A stretch of 64,000 bases of DNA from Acidobacteriota bacterium (GCA_022340775.1 JAJDNH010000025.1:2007-66006), one strand, 5' to 3'; counted from the stretch's first letter, positions 9,187 to 18,918 are shown. Translations and numbers: made by a program. Notes: generated by a model not told the origin, from the sequence alone.

Positions 9187-10155
9187 ATGAAGATCAGCGA
9201 CTTCATGGAGCGCCACTACCGCCACTTCAACGCTGCAACCGTGGTGGACGCCGCCAAGGCCTACCGGCGCCTCGTCGATGACGGAGGGTTGATGTTCATG
9301 ACCCTTGCCGGAGCCATGAGCACCGCCGAGCTCGGCATCTCGCTGGCGGAGATGATCCGCCGGGGCAAGGTTCACGCCATCACCTGCACCGGTGCCAACC
9401 TCGAGGAGGACCTGTTCAACCTGGTCGCTCACGAGCACTACGTCCGGGTGCCGCACTACCGGGAGCTGGCGCCCGCCGATGAGCAGGCGCTGCTGGATCG
9501 GCACCTCAACCGCGTGACCGACACCTGCATCCCGGAGGAGGAGGCTTTCCGGAGGCTGGAGCAGGTGGTGCTCGACCTGTGGCAGGAGGCGGATCGTGCC
9601 GGGGAGCGCTACTTCCCGCACCAGTTCCTGTACCGTGCGCTGAGGACCGGGAGGCTCGAGGAGTACTACGAGATCGATGCTCGTGACTCATGGATGGTGG
9701 CGGCAGCCGAGAAGGACCTCCCGCTGTTCGTTCCTGGCTGGGAGGACTCGACCCTCGGCAACATCTTCGCGGCCCGCCTGATCGAGGGCGAGATCAGCAG
9801 CCCATCGACGGTTCGCTCGGGCATCGAGTACATGGCGGAGCTTGCCGACTGGTACACCCGCACCTCGGCCGAGCACCCGATCGGCTTCTTCCAGATCGGC
9901 GGCGGCATTGCCGGCGACTTCCCGATCTGTGTCGTGCCGATGCTGCACCAGGACCTGCGGCGCGACGAGGTGCCCCTGTGGGCCTACTTCTGCCAGATCT
10001 CCGACTCGACGACCAGCTACGGCTCGTACTCGGGCGCGGTGCCGAACGAGAAGATCACGTGGGGCAAGCTCGGCGTTCAGACGCCCAAGTTCGTGATCGA
10101 GTCCGACGCGACCATCGTGGCGCCGCTGGTCTTCGCCTACGTGCTGGGGGACTGA
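9187..10155 (+). CDS. Deoxyhypusine synthase-like protein (bacterial DHS-like, candidate homospermidine synthase)
   Basis: DHS-family blocks TLAGAMSTAELG, ITCTGANLEEDLF, FQIGGGIAGDF and SDSTTSYGSYSGAVPNEKITWGK. It lies next to speB/speA. Confidence 0.8.
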   Translation: MKISDFMERHYRHFNAATVVDAAKAYRRLVDDGGLMFMTLAGAMSTAELGISLAEMIRRGKVHAITCTGANLEEDLFNLVAHEHYVRVPHYRELAPADEQALLDRHLNRVTDTCIPEEEAFRRLEQVVLDLWQEADRAGERYFPHQFLYRALRTGRLEEYYEIDARDSWMVAAAEKDLPLFVPGWEDSTLGNIFAARLIEGEISSPSTVRSGIEYMAELADWYTRTSAEHPIGFFQIGGGIAGDFPICVVPMLHQDLRRDEVPLWAYFCQISDSTTSYGSYSGAVPNEKITWGKLGVQTPKFVIESDATIVAPLVFAYVLGD

Positions 10156-10159
10156 GCCC

Positions 10160-11047
10160 TCACGGAGCCCCGCCGCCTCCGGCGACAATCTCGGCCAGGA
10201 ACCGGTAGACCAGCTTGGCGGCGAGAAACTCGGACGCCCATTGACCGGGGGTGGGCAGCAGCTCGACCACGTCGAAGCCGACGACCCTGCGCTGCCGCGC
10301 GACCTCGGTCAGCAGATCCTCGACGTGGTGCCAGAGCAGGCCCCCGGGCTCCGGCGTGCCGGTGGCCGGGACCAGCGACGGATCGAAACCGTCGAGGTCG
10401 ATGGTGACGTAGACATCCTCGCCGAGCAGGGCGAGCGCACGGTCGATCCACGACCTTTCCCGTGGTCCGCAGCGGACGATGTCATGCGCCCACAACACCC
10501 GCGACTCGTCGAGGGCGGCGCGTTCGGAGACGTCGATGGAACGGATCCCGACCTGGACGATCGGCGCTACCTCGCGCGCTCGGGCCATGACGCAGGCGTG
10601 GTTGCAGGCCGAGCCCTCGTAGCTTTCCCGGGTGTCGGCATGGGCGTCGATCTGCAGCACCGACGTACCGGGCACGGCCCTGACGGCGGCGCGGATGGCA
10701 CCGATCGACACCGAGTGCTCGCCGCCCAGGACCACCGGCAGCCGGCCGTCCGCCAGCTGCTCGCCGACGCGCTCCTCGACCAGCTCGGCCAGCACCTCGG
10801 GGCCTTGGCTGCAGACCAGCGGCGGCAGCGTCGCGATCCCGATTCGCCACGGCTCGGTCGCGGTCGGGATGTCGTACAGCTCCATGTTCGCAGAGGCCTC
10901 GAGCAGCGCCGCAGGTCCCTGGTCGGCGCCCTTCTTCCAGGTCGAGGTCAGGTCGTAGGGCACCGGAAGCACCGCAACCGCGGCGGCGTTGAGGTCGACG
11001 GCTACCTCGGGGCCGCCGAACGGGACGAGTCGGGCAGCCGTTTTCAT
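10160..11047 (-). CDS. speB: Agmatinase (ureohydrolase family)
   Basis: Mn-binding ureohydrolase motifs GGEHSVSIG, QIDAHADT and TIDLDGFDP. It is adjacent to arginine decarboxylase. Confidence 0.8.
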   Translation of the reverse strand: MKTAARLVPFGGPEVAVDLNAAAVAVLPVPYDLTSTWKKGADQGPAALLEASANMELYDIPTATEPWRIGIATLPPLVCSQGPEVLAELVEERVGEQLADGRLPVVLGGEHSVSIGAIRAAVRAVPGTSVLQIDAHADTRESYEGSACNHACVMARAREVAPIVQVGIRSIDVSERAALDESRVLWAHDIVRCGPRERSWIDRALALLGEDVYVTIDLDGFDPSLVPATGTPEPGGLLWHHVEDLLTEVARQRRVVGFDVVELLPTPGQWASEFLAAKLVYRFLAEIVAGGGGAP

Positions 11048-11098
11048 GCGGTCTGTCCGGTATTCATGTCCCGATCGGCGGCTGAGGTTCTCATCGGG

Positions 11099-13057
11099 CT
11101 ACTCCAGGTACGTGTATCCGGTGAGGCCGTCGTCGTAGGCGGCGAGCAGCGTACGGCTCTCGGCAGCCGTCATCCTGCCCTCGCGGACCGAACGCTCGCA
11201 GTCCCGGCGTATGGCCTGGTACAGCTGCCGGTGGTCGTACTGAAGGTAGCTCAGAACCTCGTTGACGGTGTCGCCTTCGACCAGCTCTTCGACCGACCAG
11301 GCGCCGTCCTGGTCGACGGTGATGTGAACTAGGTGGGTGTCGCCGAACAGGTTGTGGAGGTCGCCGAGCGTTTCCTGATATGCGCCGACGAGGAAGGCGC
11401 CCAGGTAGTACGGCTCGTCCGGCCGCAGCTCGTGCACCGGCAGCGTCGACGCGACATCCCGCAGATCGACGAAGTGGTCGAGGTGGCCGTCGGAGTCGCA
11501 CGTGATGTCGGCCAAGGTGGCGCGCCGTACGGGCTCCTCGTCGAGGCGCTGGATCGGCAGCACCGGGAACACCTGGTCGATGGCCCACGAGTCCGGCAGC
11601 GACTGGAAGATCGAGAGGTTGCAGTAGTAGGTGTCGGAGATCTTGTGGTCGAGCTCGGCCAGCTCCTCCGGGACCAGTTCGAGATCGCGCGTGAGAGCAT
11701 CGATCTTGAGGCAGACGGTCCAGTACAGGCGATCGACGAGGCCTCGGTGCAAGAGGCTGAGGTGGCCAACGGTGAAAAGGGTCAGGGCCTCCTGGTGGGC
11801 CTGGATGGCGTCGTGATAGCTCTCGAGCAGGGTGTCCGGCTCGACGGACTGGGCGGCGGACACCAGGTCGGAGACCACTCGTGGCAGGTCCTCGTCCTTG
11901 GCGAGCCGAGCCAGCTCGGCCTTGCCGACTTCCCAGCGGTCGATGCACGAGGCGCCCAGGACGTCGAAGACGAGCACGCTATGATGGCAGACCATGGCCC
12001 TGCCGGCCTCGGTGACGATGGTCGGGTGCTCCACGCCCGCGTCGTCGCAGACGCTCTGGAGGCGGTAGACGACGGTCATCGCGTACTCGCTGAGTGTGTA
12101 GTTGGTGGAGAAGTCCCAGTTGGTCTGGCTGCCGTCGTAGTCGACACCGAGACCGCCGCCGACGTCGATGTACTTGAGGTCGGTTCCCATCTTCTGGAGC
12201 TCGACGAAGATCTGGGCGAGCTCGGTGACTCCCGCGTTGATGACCTGAATGTCCGTAATCTGGCTGCCCATGTGGCAGTGGAGCAGCTCGAGGCACTCGA
12301 GCATTCCGGCCTTGCGGAGCCGCGACACGACCTCCAGCACTCCCGGGATGGCGAGCCCGAACTTGGCTTTCTCTCCCGACGACTCATGCCAGCGCCCACT
12401 GCCGGCCCGGCTGAGCTTCACCCGGACGCCGATGCGGGGGCGGATACCGGCTCTGCGTGCCTCGCGGAGGATGACCTCGAGCTCGGACATGTTCTCGATG
12501 ACGGCCACGATGCGGCGGCCGAGCTTGGTTGCCAGCAGGTAGTGGCGGATGTACTTGGCCTCCTTGAAACCGTTGCAGATGATCAGGCGCCGGGGTGCCT
12601 CCGAGGTGAGCCCCATGACCGCCAACAGCTCCGGCTTGGAGCCGACCTCGAGCCCGAAGCCGAGATCCCTCCCCAGGCGCTCGATCTGCTCCACCAGGTA
12701 GCGGTGCTGGTTGACCTTGGTCGGGTAGACGGGGGCGTAGCTGCCGGTGTACCCACACTCCGAGATGGCCTCGGAGAAGGCCTCGGCCATCAGCCGCATC
12801 CGGCGGGCCAGGAGATCACGGAAGCCGATCAGAACCGGAGTACTGATGCCCCGGTCCGCCAGCCCCTGCACGACCTCGTAAAGGTCGACCCGCGGACCAT
12901 CCGGGCCGTGGGGCATGACCAGTATGTGCCCGTTGGCGCCGAGCTCGAAGATATCCTCGCCCCAGCCGTCCACCATGTACAGGGCCGCCGAGTCGGCCGT
13001 TGTCCACTCTTCACTGACCCCCGCGTCCTCAGCTGGGTGCATGCGTTCGTCATCCAT
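11099..13057 (-). CDS. speA: Biosynthetic arginine decarboxylase
   Basis: 652 aa, with SpeA-type N-terminus (YMVDGWGEDIFELGANGHILVMP) and a PLP-fold type III core (YPTKVN, GGGLGVDYDG). Confidence 0.9.
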   Translation of the reverse strand: MDDERMHPAEDAGVSEEWTTADSAALYMVDGWGEDIFELGANGHILVMPHGPDGPRVDLYEVVQGLADRGISTPVLIGFRDLLARRMRLMAEAFSEAISECGYTGSYAPVYPTKVNQHRYLVEQIERLGRDLGFGLEVGSKPELLAVMGLTSEAPRRLIICNGFKEAKYIRHYLLATKLGRRIVAVIENMSELEVILREARRAGIRPRIGVRVKLSRAGSGRWHESSGEKAKFGLAIPGVLEVVSRLRKAGMLECLELLHCHMGSQITDIQVINAGVTELAQIFVELQKMGTDLKYIDVGGGLGVDYDGSQTNWDFSTNYTLSEYAMTVVYRLQSVCDDAGVEHPTIVTEAGRAMVCHHSVLVFDVLGASCIDRWEVGKAELARLAKDEDLPRVVSDLVSAAQSVEPDTLLESYHDAIQAHQEALTLFTVGHLSLLHRGLVDRLYWTVCLKIDALTRDLELVPEELAELDHKISDTYYCNLSIFQSLPDSWAIDQVFPVLPIQRLDEEPVRRATLADITCDSDGHLDHFVDLRDVASTLPVHELRPDEPYYLGAFLVGAYQETLGDLHNLFGDTHLVHITVDQDGAWSVEELVEGDTVNEVLSYLQYDHRQLYQAIRRDCERSVREGRMTAAESRTLLAAYDDGLTGYTYLE

Positions 13058-13222
13058 CCCTGGATCATATTACGAAACGCTCCCCGAGCGTGCACCGTCC
13101 TCGGTTGCCCGGCGGTGGGGGCACCGTGTGTGTGGTGATGCTGAGCCTGATCGGCGACCCCGGTCCGCCCCTACAAGGGGTACGCGGCCGCCTCGTGTGC
13201 TAGAGGAGCGAGTCTGCCGATG

Positions 13223-14188
13223 TTACCCCTCCTTGCGCTCTCGGCCTGGCAGACCGGCCGGCGACCCGGGTGCCTCGGCTCGCGCTCCCGGCTTGCCTTC
13301 GATGTAGTTGATGTAGGTGCGCCGGGTGGGGTACGCGAAGTCGATTCCGTCCTGGTCAGAGAAAGCGTCCAGGATGGCCTCCCAGATCTTCTCCCGGTTG
13401 GCACGTCGCTGGCGGGCAGGCGTGAGGTACCGGAGTGTCAGCATGACTCCGCAGTCGTGCACGGCGGTGTAGACGATCGGCGTCAGGTTGCGCAAGAACA
13501 ACGCGTGGTCGCGGGCAGTTTGTTTGAGCTGTTGCTGCGCGTTGCGGGCCAGCGGTGCCGCGAGCTCACTGTTGATTTCTGTCAGCAGCTGTTTGGCGAG
13601 TCGCCAATCGCTCTCAAAGGTGACGAGGACCGGGATCTCGTCCCAGATGTGGTCGAAGCCGCGGGTGAAGTTCGCCACCGGTGCCTGGAACACCATCCCG
13701 TTGGGTAGCATAACGATGCGCCCGGTGGACTGGTCGGCGTCTACCCACTTCCCGCACTCCAGGATGTAGGTGAGGAAGAGGCGAATGTCGATCACGTCCC
13801 CCATGTGACCGCCCATTTCGATGCGATCGCCGATCTGGTAGGGCCGCCGAGCGAGGATGAACGCCCAGCCCGCCAGGTCCTTCAGCAGGTCCCCGAGCGC
13901 CACGGCCAGTCCGGCCGTCAGGAGCCCGAGGAATGTCCCGATGTTCCCGAACTTCGTGACCCACACCCTGATCAGCAAAACGGCGCCGACGGCGGTCAGC
14001 AGATAGGTGATCAGGCGCCGCCAGTGAAAGGCCGCCTTCTCGTCTGTGACTCGCTTTCGCACGACTCGGTGCAGGAAGGCCCTTGTCGTGGACAGCGACA
14101 GGATGACCAGGACGGTCCACAGGATGCCGATCACGGTCGATGGGGCGAACCCGAGCCACTCGGCGAGCTGTTGAATCAGGCGCTGCAC
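13223..14188 (-). CDS. Mechanosensitive ion channel (MscS) family protein
   Basis: It has three N-terminal TM helices. An MscS beta-domain block follows (PYQIGDRIEMGGHMGDVIDIRLFLTYILE). Confidence 0.75.
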   Translation of the reverse strand: MQRLIQQLAEWLGFAPSTVIGILWTVLVILSLSTTRAFLHRVVRKRVTDEKAAFHWRRLITYLLTAVGAVLLIRVWVTKFGNIGTFLGLLTAGLAVALGDLLKDLAGWAFILARRPYQIGDRIEMGGHMGDVIDIRLFLTYILECGKWVDADQSTGRIVMLPNGMVFQAPVANFTRGFDHIWDEIPVLVTFESDWRLAKQLLTEINSELAAPLARNAQQQLKQTARDHALFLRNLTPIVYTAVHDCGVMLTLRYLTPARQRRANREKIWEAILDAFSDQDGIDFAYPTRRTYINYIEGKPGARAEAPGSPAGLPGRERKEG

Positions 14189-14295
14189 GGACCGAGCTTA
14201 CCCTATTCCCAGAGTCGCAAGAGGTGCGGACTTACCGTTGAGTGCCTGCATGCCGAGCCGGGAGCACAACTCGAGAACTCGAGTCCGGCCGCCGG

Positions 14296-14673
14296 TCAAT
14301 AGCGGTCCTGGCAGTCCTCGCAGGCATGCTGAATGCCCGTCTCCATGAGATCTCTGATGTGATAGTCGGCGAGGCTGTAGTACACCATGCGCCCGTCGCG
14401 CCGGGAGTCAATCAGGCGACGGTCGCGCAGCAGGCGCAGCTGGTGGCTGACCGCCGAGATCGACAGCCCGGCCCTTTCGGCGAGGTCGGTCACACAGAGG
14501 TCGTCCGCATGCGCGAGGGCGTGCAGAATACGCAGCCGCGTCGGGTCCGAGAGCGCGGAGAAGATCCGGCTCAAGCACTCGATGATCCACTCCGGAAGGT
14601 CGTGGGTACTGTCACTCCCTTCCTGCGACTGCGCCGCCGGAAGCGTACCGATCGGATCTGGCTCTTTGCTCAT
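14296..14673 (-). CDS. ArsR/SmtB family metalloregulator
   Basis: LSDPTRLRILHAL...CVTDLAERAGLSISAVSHQLRLLRDRRLI..RRDGRMVYYSL, with a C-terminal HACEDC. Confidence 0.85.
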   Translation of the reverse strand: MSKEPDPIGTLPAAQSQEGSDSTHDLPEWIIECLSRIFSALSDPTRLRILHALAHADDLCVTDLAERAGLSISAVSHQLRLLRDRRLIDSRRDGRMVYYSLADYHIRDLMETGIQHACEDCQDRY

Positions 14674-14766
14674 AGGATCATTCTTGCAAGAGTGGCTGGC
14701 GTCGTCAAGGACAAACAGGCTTCAGGGAGGAGCCGGCTGGCGCGAGAAGCCGGACCAGGGCCCGTC

Positions 14767-15855
14767 CTAATCGGAGCCAAAGGTCCTCGAGTAGCCGACG
14801 TGCAGGACCAGGTCGGCGGAGTTGTCGAGCTCGACGACGTTCTCGACCAGGGCGAAGGTGAGCGTACCCCGTCGGCCGGCGGGGACCCGTGCGCCGCCGA
14901 GCACCAGGTAGGAAGGCCTGGCGAGGTCGGAGGGTGTCGTCCCTCTGAAAACCGACGTCTCCGCGGTAGCCTGCAGGATCCAGTTGACCCTCCGTCGGGG
15001 GCTCCACAGCTCGTAGCCGGCGACGAAAGTCCAGAGGTTGTTCGCCGTCAAACCCGGCAGACTGTCGGTGCCTCCGAGAAGCGCGTAGGCCAGGTTCAGG
15101 TGGAGCCGCCCCGGCCCGACCCGGCGGCTCGCGTAGCCAGCGAGCTGAGCGTCCCAGCGTCCGGAGCCGGCGAGGTCAGCGCGGCTGCCGGTCGGCGCCT
15201 TGACTGCCACCGACACGGACGAGAGCCATCCATGCCACGTTTGCCGGGCGCGAAGCTTGAGCTCGCAGGTGGTGTCGCCGAGGACGGGGTTGGCCGATGC
15301 GCCGTCGAAAAAAACCTGCCGGCCACCGAGACGCATGAAGAGTTGGTAGTGATTCTGTGGGAAATACTCCCGTTCGGCGTTGGCAAAGCGGAACGACCCG
15401 TGGAAGGACTCGATGGAGCTGTCAGCGAACCCACCACCTTGAGTCTGGACCGCGGTACCGAGCGTGAGTTGCAGCCTGTCGGTGAGGCCGTAGCTCACGC
15501 GCAGGTTGAAGCGAGCCAGCTCACCGTCAAACATGTAGAGGTCAGTTGTCGGATAGAGCGCCAGCAACCGACCAATCTCGGTCTGGTTCAGGCCATGCCG
15601 ACCCGGCGAGCGGTAGTTCACGACCCAGTTGCGGACTCCCTTGGAGAGTATGAACGTATTCGACCACGTTACCGAGATGTCCGATCGCACTTGTCCGTGG
15701 GGTAGTGTCCCCGCTGCCTCGGGAGTCAGGGCCAGGAACAGCTGATCGAATGGGGACTGACTCCGCACGCCAACGAGACCGAGGCCTTGGGCTCCGAGTG
15801 CAGAGGAAAGCGCCAGGGCCAGGATCTCGATCAGGAGCGTCCTTCGAATCGACAT
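14767..15855 (-). CDS. Secreted protein with beta-strand-rich sequence, putative outer-membrane beta-barrel (possibly DUF3187-like)
   Basis: Signal peptide LALALSSALGAQG. Alternating hydrophobic pattern throughout. The family name is a recollection, not verified. Confidence 0.45.
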   Translation of the reverse strand: MSIRRTLLIEILALALSSALGAQGLGLVGVRSQSPFDQLFLALTPEAAGTLPHGQVRSDISVTWSNTFILSKGVRNWVVNYRSPGRHGLNQTEIGRLLALYPTTDLYMFDGELARFNLRVSYGLTDRLQLTLGTAVQTQGGGFADSSIESFHGSFRFANAEREYFPQNHYQLFMRLGGRQVFFDGASANPVLGDTTCELKLRARQTWHGWLSSVSVAVKAPTGSRADLAGSGRWDAQLAGYASRRVGPGRLHLNLAYALLGGTDSLPGLTANNLWTFVAGYELWSPRRRVNWILQATAETSVFRGTTPSDLARPSYLVLGGARVPAGRRGTLTFALVENVVELDNSADLVLHVGYSRTFGSD

Positions 15856-15950
15856 CGATCATCCCTTCGGATTGGGTTGCCGCGGCGACAGCGCCATGGG
15901 CGGCCGCTTGTCCGACGGTATTCTGCTCCTTCCCGTTCTCGCTTGCCAGG

Positions 15951-16181
15951 TTATGCCAGGGCGCCATACGCCATCCCAGTAATGGTGGCCATCACGATGA
16001 CCAGCGAGACATACGTGATGGTCTTCTTCGGGCCGAGGTACGAGTTGATCACCAGCATGTTGGGCAGGCTGAGTGCCGGGCCAGCGAGCAACAACGTCAG
16101 CGCTGGCCCTTGGCCCATGCCGGCGCCGATCAGGGTCTGCAGTATCGGTATCTCCGTCAGGTCCGCGGCCTGCGACTCCAC
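15951..16181 (-). pseudogene. 3'-terminal remnant of an ArsP/DUF318-type permease
   Basis: The 76 aa match only the last TM hairpin of this family (GAGMGQGPALTLLLAGPALSLPNMLVI..LGPKKTITYV). Full-length members are several-fold longer, and the upstream 130 nt carries no permease-like frame. Confidence 0.6.
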
Positions 16182-16310
16182 CTCTCGGGGACGGTCAGGA
16201 AGGTCTCGAGGATGCCCTCGACCTGTATGTTGAGAGGTGCGACGTGAAGAGCGCGTCCCTGGCCAGCGTATCGCTGCTCGCAGTAGATCGTGAACGGATA
16301 GCCCGGGCGT

Positions 16311-17927
16311 CTAGAAGCCGAATCCGAGGCCCCAGGTGAAGAGCCAGCGGTCATCTCGGCGGCCTTGGACCCGGCGTAGAGCCCCGAGCTCGATGTTGAC
16401 CCTGGCGATCGAGACTTCTGCCGCCGCCCCGAGGTAGGTGGTCGACGGGGGAGCGCCTACCGGGTTGCTCCAGGTCCTCAGGAGGGTGGCCTTCAAGCCA
16501 TAGCCGAGGTAGGCGTGGGTCAGCAACCGGTCCCGCCGAAGCTCACCGAGGAGCTGGCCATAGCCGAGGCTCAGGCGGCCTCCTCCGGTCCCCGCCCCCA
16601 GCTGGGCGTACGGCCCACTGATCTCGCAGAGAGTGGCGCAGTCTGCGTCGGGCTCCAGGTGGGTCAGCATGAGTGCCAGCGAGCCGGACGGGCCGTTCGG
16701 GCGCGTCCAACCCAGCAGCGGGAGGATGACCAGCCGGGCCTTCTTTCCAGCCTGCTCGTCGGCGATCTCCTGCTCCAGTGCCGGGAGGTCGACAGTCGGC
16801 GTTGCCATGACCGGTACTCGGGCGGCACCGCCGTCCAGCGGGCGCACGGGCTGGCCGCAAACCGCCTCGAGGGTGAAGCCGGTCGGGTCGGGGAGCTTGC
16901 CCTGTTCGACCATCTCGAGAACCACGGACTCGTTCAGTGTTAAGCCGTCGCGTGCGCTGTAGCGTTTCCTTTGCTCCTCGAGCCACGGGCTGTCCAGCCA
17001 GTGGCAGTATCCGCGCAGCATCGGCAGCATCGAGCTCCAACGGCCCTTGCGGAAGATCTGCGGCTCGTACGACTCGTCCCACTCCGGGGTCACGTAGCGG
17101 GCGAGGTCGATCGGTCGCCGGATCCGCCAACGGCCCTCCGAGAGCTCGAGCACGGGGTTCGGACCGCTGCAGAGGTCGCGGTAAAACCGCATCCCCTGGT
17201 TGTCGGCCTCGAGATCGGAGATCGACAGGATTCCGGAGGTACGGTATCCGAGCAGCAGGTACCGCTCGCCGACGACACCCTTGCGGATGACGGTGAGCTC
17301 CGCTTTCTCAGGCGACATGCCGTGCCGCACCAGTCGTCTGTAGCCGCGGTAGTACTTCCAACCCAGGGAAACGAAGTGGGCGAGCTTGTCGGTGCCGATG
17401 CGAACGCCTGCGACCTCAATGGTGTCCCCAAGGGGCATCCACATGCCGACGTCGAGCAGCCCATGGCGGCTGTAGATGTTGCTGCGGTGGCTCTCATGCT
17501 CATCTTGGGGAGTTCCCGGGTACCGGCCGACAAGCGGGCTGCTCGAGCTCCAGACCTCGACCGGATGGAAGATGAAGAGAAAGCGGAGCCGGCGTTGGAA
17601 GCGGACGGTGACGTCCCAGCAGGTGGCAGGGGGGCGATCGCTGGGGAGTCCTGCGAGGGTTCGCTGGAGCTCGCGGGTGAACCAGGCGTTGAGGACCTCG
17701 GTCGAGTCCTTGATCGGCTTGCCCCAGCTCGAGTACTGGTCCGTCTCCGTGGCACTGACCGACCATGTCGCGGCGAGCGCCAGGAGGACGGCAAGCGACC
17801 GGGCGAGCAGTCGCTGGCCCACGGAGGACCGTATGCTCCGCCGAGGGCAGCGGCGCGCGCCGCCGGCCGCGCCGCGCCATGTCTCAGTACCGGTAGCCGA
17901 GTACGAGCATCGCCGAGTCACGTTCAC
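16311..17927 (-). CDS. Hypothetical exported protein with a C-terminal beta-barrel-like region (ends ..WGLGFGF)
   Basis: Signal-like LLARSLAVLLALAATWSVSA, and a C-terminal aromatic residue typical of OMPs. The start is uncertain (ATG 17927 overlaps the upstream gene; GTG 17822 is possible). No family recognised. Confidence 0.5.
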   Translation of the reverse strand: MNVTRRCSYSATGTETWRGAAGGARRCPRRSIRSSVGQRLLARSLAVLLALAATWSVSATETDQYSSWGKPIKDSTEVLNAWFTRELQRTLAGLPSDRPPATCWDVTVRFQRRLRFLFIFHPVEVWSSSSPLVGRYPGTPQDEHESHRSNIYSRHGLLDVGMWMPLGDTIEVAGVRIGTDKLAHFVSLGWKYYRGYRRLVRHGMSPEKAELTVIRKGVVGERYLLLGYRTSGILSISDLEADNQGMRFYRDLCSGPNPVLELSEGRWRIRRPIDLARYVTPEWDESYEPQIFRKGRWSSMLPMLRGYCHWLDSPWLEEQRKRYSARDGLTLNESVVLEMVEQGKLPDPTGFTLEAVCGQPVRPLDGGAARVPVMATPTVDLPALEQEIADEQAGKKARLVILPLLGWTRPNGPSGSLALMLTHLEPDADCATLCEISGPYAQLGAGTGGGRLSLGYGQLLGELRRDRLLTHAYLGYGLKATLLRTWSNPVGAPPSTTYLGAAAEVSIARVNIELGALRRVQGRRDDRWLFTWGLGFGF

Positions 17928-18723
17928 CGAAACCCGCCTCCATCGTCAGCGTCCAATGCTGGCCGATGCCGGCCATCGCTCCGAGCAGGTAGTTGAGCGG
18001 TTTGGCTTGTTTGAACTCGACGCTGAACGGGAAAGTGCCGAAGTACGGCATGGTGTAGACGCCCTGGTCGCGCTCCTGGGTGTCCTGATACATGGCACCC
18101 ACCCAGACGGCCCCGCCATTTACCTGATAACCCACCTTGAGTGTGGCCACCCAGGCCTTGATCGAACTCGTGCTGACGTTGAGGCTGGTCTTGGTGTACT
18201 CGTAGGTGAGTGTCTCGAACGTCCTCTCCCAGCCGCCAGCCAGCGTGAAGCCGCCGCCGAACACCGTGCCGCTGTAATCGATCCGAAGATCGTTGAGCTG
18301 CAGCGGGACACCGAGGTCGATGTTGGAAAGGCTCACTCGGGTCTTGCCTTCAACCGTGCCGCCAAGGGCAAACACGTTGAGGAACGGTAGGACCCAGTAG
18401 TCGACCATCAGATGGGTGGTGTCGGTCTTGTTATCCACCTTGAGGCCGTTCGCCTGGCTGAGGTCGATGCCCGGAATCCCGACGTCGAGACTCTGGATGT
18501 CGTAACCCTGCCGCTGGTCGTAGACCGTGAGCGTGACTCCCAGGCGCGGCGGCAGCTGCACGCCGGCCGCCCGCGCGGCGTCGAACGACTGAGCCTGGCT
18601 GTACAGCGGGACAGCCAAGAATGCCAGCAGAATGCCCAGGCTGGTTGCCATGCACCGCTGGCCCCGCCGACGACGCGCCGCCGTCGCCAGCCGTGAACGA
18701 ATGCAGCCATCCGCCTCGATCAT
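17884..18723 (-). CDS. Putative outer-membrane beta-barrel protein
   Basis: Signal peptide ..MATSLGILLAFLAVPLYSQAQS, beta-strand periodicity, and C-terminal LVLGYRY. ATG 18723 has a GGGGGAG SD; ATG 18651 is an alternative. Confidence 0.55.
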   Translation of the reverse strand: MIEADGCIRSRLATAARRRRGQRCMATSLGILLAFLAVPLYSQAQSFDAARAAGVQLPPRLGVTLTVYDQRQGYDIQSLDVGIPGIDLSQANGLKVDNKTDTTHLMVDYWVLPFLNVFALGGTVEGKTRVSLSNIDLGVPLQLNDLRIDYSGTVFGGGFTLAGGWERTFETLTYEYTKTSLNVSTSSIKAWVATLKVGYQVNGGAVWVGAMYQDTQERDQGVYTMPYFGTFPFSVEFKQAKPLNYLLGAMAGIGQHWTLTMEAGFGERDSAMLVLGYRY

Positions 18724-18918
18724 AGCGTTCTCCCCCCCTTCTGTGATGGGTGAGCTTTCTGCGCCAATTGTACTCGCAACTGGTGGAAAGGTAAGGAGCG
18801 AGGCCTGAAGGGCAAAGTGATATTCCCGACCCGAAGAGCGTACCTGCAGCACGCTTCAGCCTATGGTGCGGTCGGCGCCACCCGCCATGTTTCGAGGATT
18901 ACGAGCTTGCTGGAACGC

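Noticed and set aside
11333-13138. 601-aa plus-strand ORF. The same class includes 45518..47305(-), 5310..6674(-), 36115..37371(-), 56581..57717(+), 58844..60217(+) and 14242..15705(+).
   Set aside because: Each lies antisense to a gene with strong family motifs (speA, typA, HD-GYP, AP-family enzyme, KamA-like, ablA, OMP/ArsR). None shows motifs of its own.
16157-16354. 65-aa ORF (..PFTIYCEQRYAGQGRALHVAPLNIQVEGILETFLT..) as a possible frameshifted upstream part of the permease remnant
   Set aside because: The sequence does not resemble the permease family's preceding TM segments, and it overlaps the 3' end of gene 16311..17927. I have no support for coding.
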